Shown here piece after piece: positions 61,794-64,000 of a DNA stretch of 64,000 nucleotides (its first letter is position 1; every line of letters starts with the position of its first letter). Under the pieces are notes generated by a model. It searched no databases and was not told the DNA's origin. It worked only from the letters and a program-made list of their open reading frames with translations. The DNA comes from an uncultured delta proteobacterium (GTDB lineage Bacteria; Desulfobacterota; Binatia; UBA9968): positions 32,001 through 96,000 of the forward strand of contig CAVXEP010000025.1 in the NCBI GenBank assembly GCA_963760795.1, given 5' to 3'. The translations under genes and the position numbers were made by a program.

Positions 61794-62738
61794 ATGAAAT
61801 ACCGCACTCTCGGCAAAACTGGCCTGCGTGTCAGCGCCATCGGCCTTGGCACCATGGTCCACGCCGGCCATTTCGGTCCCATGAAAGACTCTGAATCGTT
61901 GAGCGCCATCGAAGCTGCTCTCGACCTCGGCGTCAACTTCATCGATACTTCTGACGCCTACGGCGCCGGCTATTCGGAAACGTTGTTGGGCAACGCACTC
62001 AAAGGCAAACGCGATCAGGTCGTCATCGCCACCAAGGGCGGCAATGTCATGGTCGGCCCCAACCGCGGTAAACGAAACTTCGATCCCGACTACATCAGCC
62101 AGGTGATGGAGGAAAGCTTACAACGGTTACAAATCGACACCATCGATCTTTACCAACTGCACAATCCGACGGTGGAAGTCATCGAGCGCGGTGCGGTTTG
62201 GCAAGTTTTGGAACGGGCGAAGCAAGCCGGCAAAATCCGCCACTACGGCGTGTCGATCAACTCCATGGAAGAAGGCATTGCCGCGGTCAATGACGGCCGG
62301 GCCGAAACCATTCAAGTCGAATACAACCTGCTGGCCCAGGAGCCGGGGGAGAAACTTCTGCCGCTGGCTTACCAGGCAAATATCGGCATCATCGCTCGCG
62401 TGCCGCTGCGCCGCGGCATTCTGACCGGCAAGATGAGCGTCGCCGACGAACAAAGATTTCAAGGCGAGGATTTGCGCGCGCGTAGTTTCAAAGGCGAGGC
62501 GTTCGCCAAAGAGCTGGCGAAGGCCGATGAACTGCGCTTCCTCGTCCATGACACGGCAAAAACCTTAGGACAGGCGGCGATCGCTTTTTGCATCGCCCAT
62601 CCCGCCGTCAGCGTAGTCATTGCCGGCGCGCGCAATGCCGAGCAAATGCGCGAAAACGGCGCCGCCGCCAACATTGAAATCTCCGCCGCCGACCTGGCGC
62701 GCATCGCCGATCTCTGGCGCCGCAACCGCACGGTTTAG
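61794..62738 (+). CDS. Aldo/keto reductase
   Basis: MKYRTLGKTGLRVSAIGLG, DTSDAYG, ATKGG, IDLYQLHNP. Confidence 0.95.
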   Translation: MKYRTLGKTGLRVSAIGLGTMVHAGHFGPMKDSESLSAIEAALDLGVNFIDTSDAYGAGYSETLLGNALKGKRDQVVIATKGGNVMVGPNRGKRNFDPDYISQVMEESLQRLQIDTIDLYQLHNPTVEVIERGAVWQVLERAKQAGKIRHYGVSINSMEEGIAAVNDGRAETIQVEYNLLAQEPGEKLLPLAYQANIGIIARVPLRRGILTGKMSVADEQRFQGEDLRARSFKGEAFAKELAKADELRFLVHDTAKTLGQAAIAFCIAHPAVSVVIAGARNAEQMRENGAAANIEISAADLARIADLWRRNRTV

Positions 62739-62799
62739 GTTTTTGCCTTTGGCCATTCTGGCGATTGTGTGGACCATTTGTGTCGCTCAGATTGGTTGG

Positions 62800-63035
62800 T
62801 TCACCACGAAGATCACAACGCGGCACAGCCGCAACCAAAAAGAAGAATGGCCGCAAAGAACGCAAAGGGCGCGAAAAATATCGGGAGTCGTAGGGCGGGT
62901 TTGAAACCCGCCCTCTTGGCTTTGGCGCGTCGAGAAATTTGCGCAAGCCACGCAAATTATCACTAATACGAAGGACACGAAGGTTCCGACGATCAAGACT
63001 CCGAAATTCGTGCTCTTCGTGTCCCTCGTGGTGCA
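62800..63035. repeat. Intergenic mosaic of palindromic repeats, including a GTAG-type REP
   Basis: GTAGGGCGGGTTTGAAACCCGCCCT at 62890-62914; inverted pair ACGAAGGACACGAAG (~62968) and CTTCGTGTCCCTCGT (~63016). Confidence 0.7.
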
Positions 63036-63089
63036 GACTTTTGTCACAGTAAAACTGAGAAGAACCGCTTTTTTAACGGGAGCAAATCC

Positions 63090-63905
63090 ATGGAACGGAC
63101 CCTCGCCACTTGGCCCAACAACAAAAAACTCGTAGTCATGGTGACCATCATGTTCGAGGTCTGGTCCGACGGCAAAGCACCGCCTTACTCGCCGATGACC
63201 ACGTCGCTCAAACCAGGCACGCCGGATTTGCTGGGGATATCCTGGTCGCAGTATGGCGGCAAGACCGGCATCTGGCGTTTTCTGCGCATCTTGGACGACA
63301 AGGAGATCAAATCGACGGTCTGCTTGAATGCCAAAGGCGCCGAACTGTTTCCCGACGCGGTCAATGCAGCGCACCGCCGCGGCCATGAAATCGCCGGCCA
63401 TTCTTACACGCAGGATACTGTCCTGCCCTATCTGTCACCGGCGGAAGAGCGCGAAGTGATTGCGCGCTGCAAGCGCATCATCACCGACGCGGTCGGCGTC
63501 GCTCCGGTCGGCTGGTTTAGCCCGGTAGCCGCGCCGACGGTGAACACGGCGCAGTTTCTCGCCGAAGCAGGCTTCATTTGGCATGGCGATTATAACGACA
63601 GCGACCTGCCCTATGCGCTGGAAACCGGCAATGGGCGGCTCGTCGCCTTCGCACACAGCGACTTCACCGATAACCGCACCCTGCGCTCCAGCCCGCGCGA
63701 CTTTTTCAACGTCTACAAAGACACCTTCGACTATCTCTACCAACATGAAGCGCCGTCGCTGCTCAATCTAACGATGCACTGCCACTTCGGCGGCCGGCCG
63801 CTGATGGCGGCGATGCTCTATGAACTGCTGCATTATATGAAAGGGTTTCCCGATGTCTGGTTCGCGCGCCACGATGAAGTGGCGCGCTGGTTACTCAGTC
63901 AATAA
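63090..63905 (+). CDS. Polysaccharide deacetylase family protein (PuuE-like)
   Basis: YGGKTGIWR, GHEIAGHSYTQD, PVGWFSP, DSDLPY, HCHFGGRP. Confidence 0.9.
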   Translation: MERTLATWPNNKKLVVMVTIMFEVWSDGKAPPYSPMTTSLKPGTPDLLGISWSQYGGKTGIWRFLRILDDKEIKSTVCLNAKGAELFPDAVNAAHRRGHEIAGHSYTQDTVLPYLSPAEEREVIARCKRIITDAVGVAPVGWFSPVAAPTVNTAQFLAEAGFIWHGDYNDSDLPYALETGNGRLVAFAHSDFTDNRTLRSSPRDFFNVYKDTFDYLYQHEAPSLLNLTMHCHFGGRPLMAAMLYELLHYMKGFPDVWFARHDEVARWLLSQ

Positions 63906-63913
63906 CGTTAAAT

Positions 63914-64000
63914 TCAGAACTCAATGCCGATTCCCTGAGTCCGCGCCAAGGCAAATACTTTGCTGGCAATGGCAACATCGGCGATGCCCTGACCTGCGTT
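63914..64000 (-). CDS. Ornithine cyclodeaminase/mu-crystallin family, C-terminal end (partial)
   Basis: NAGQGIADVAIASKVFALARTQGIGIEF*. Confidence 0.65.
   Translation of the reverse strand, partial: NAGQGIADVAIASKVFALARTQGIGIEF

Overview
About 60 kb of this window (1 to ~60,050) is an accessory island that abuts the 3' end of tRNA-Gly(CCC) (60052-60126, minus strand). To its right lie ordinary GC-richer genes: an ECF sigma/anti-sigma pair, an aldo/keto reductase, a PuuE-like deacetylase and an ornithine cyclodeaminase-family gene end. The island encodes a type VI secretion system: tssA, B, C, hcp, tssE, F, G, clpV, vgrG, tssK, tssL-OmpA, tssM and tagJ. Its effector cassette is vgrG, two DUF2169 genes, a small membrane protein, a PAAR-like gene, an Rhs core with a PD-(D/E)XK toxin, and an immunity gene. 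The unusual parts are: (1) no recognisable tssJ, and an FHA-TssM fusion that seems to lack the TssJ-binding C-terminal beta domain; (2) three paralogous membrane Ser/Thr kinases sharing a Cys-paired C-terminal module, plus a PP2C phosphatase and an FHA-GAF-cyclase with non-canonical catalytic residues; (3) three exported proteins sharing an unnamed ~55-aa domain; (4) a second, fused and C-terminally truncated TssB-TssC sheath paralogue; (5) a methyltransferase with a PqqD-like tail between hcp and tssE; (6) a PAAR/Rhs gene split that falls at the usual Rhs N-terminal autocleavage site. The 10.9-16.9 kb region is a graveyard of IS3, IS91 and RAYT elements with orphan effector-like genes nearby. 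Many genes carry single-base frameshifts, including one outside the island, so sequencing error is as likely as decay. All assignments come from reading motifs by eye; no database searches were run.
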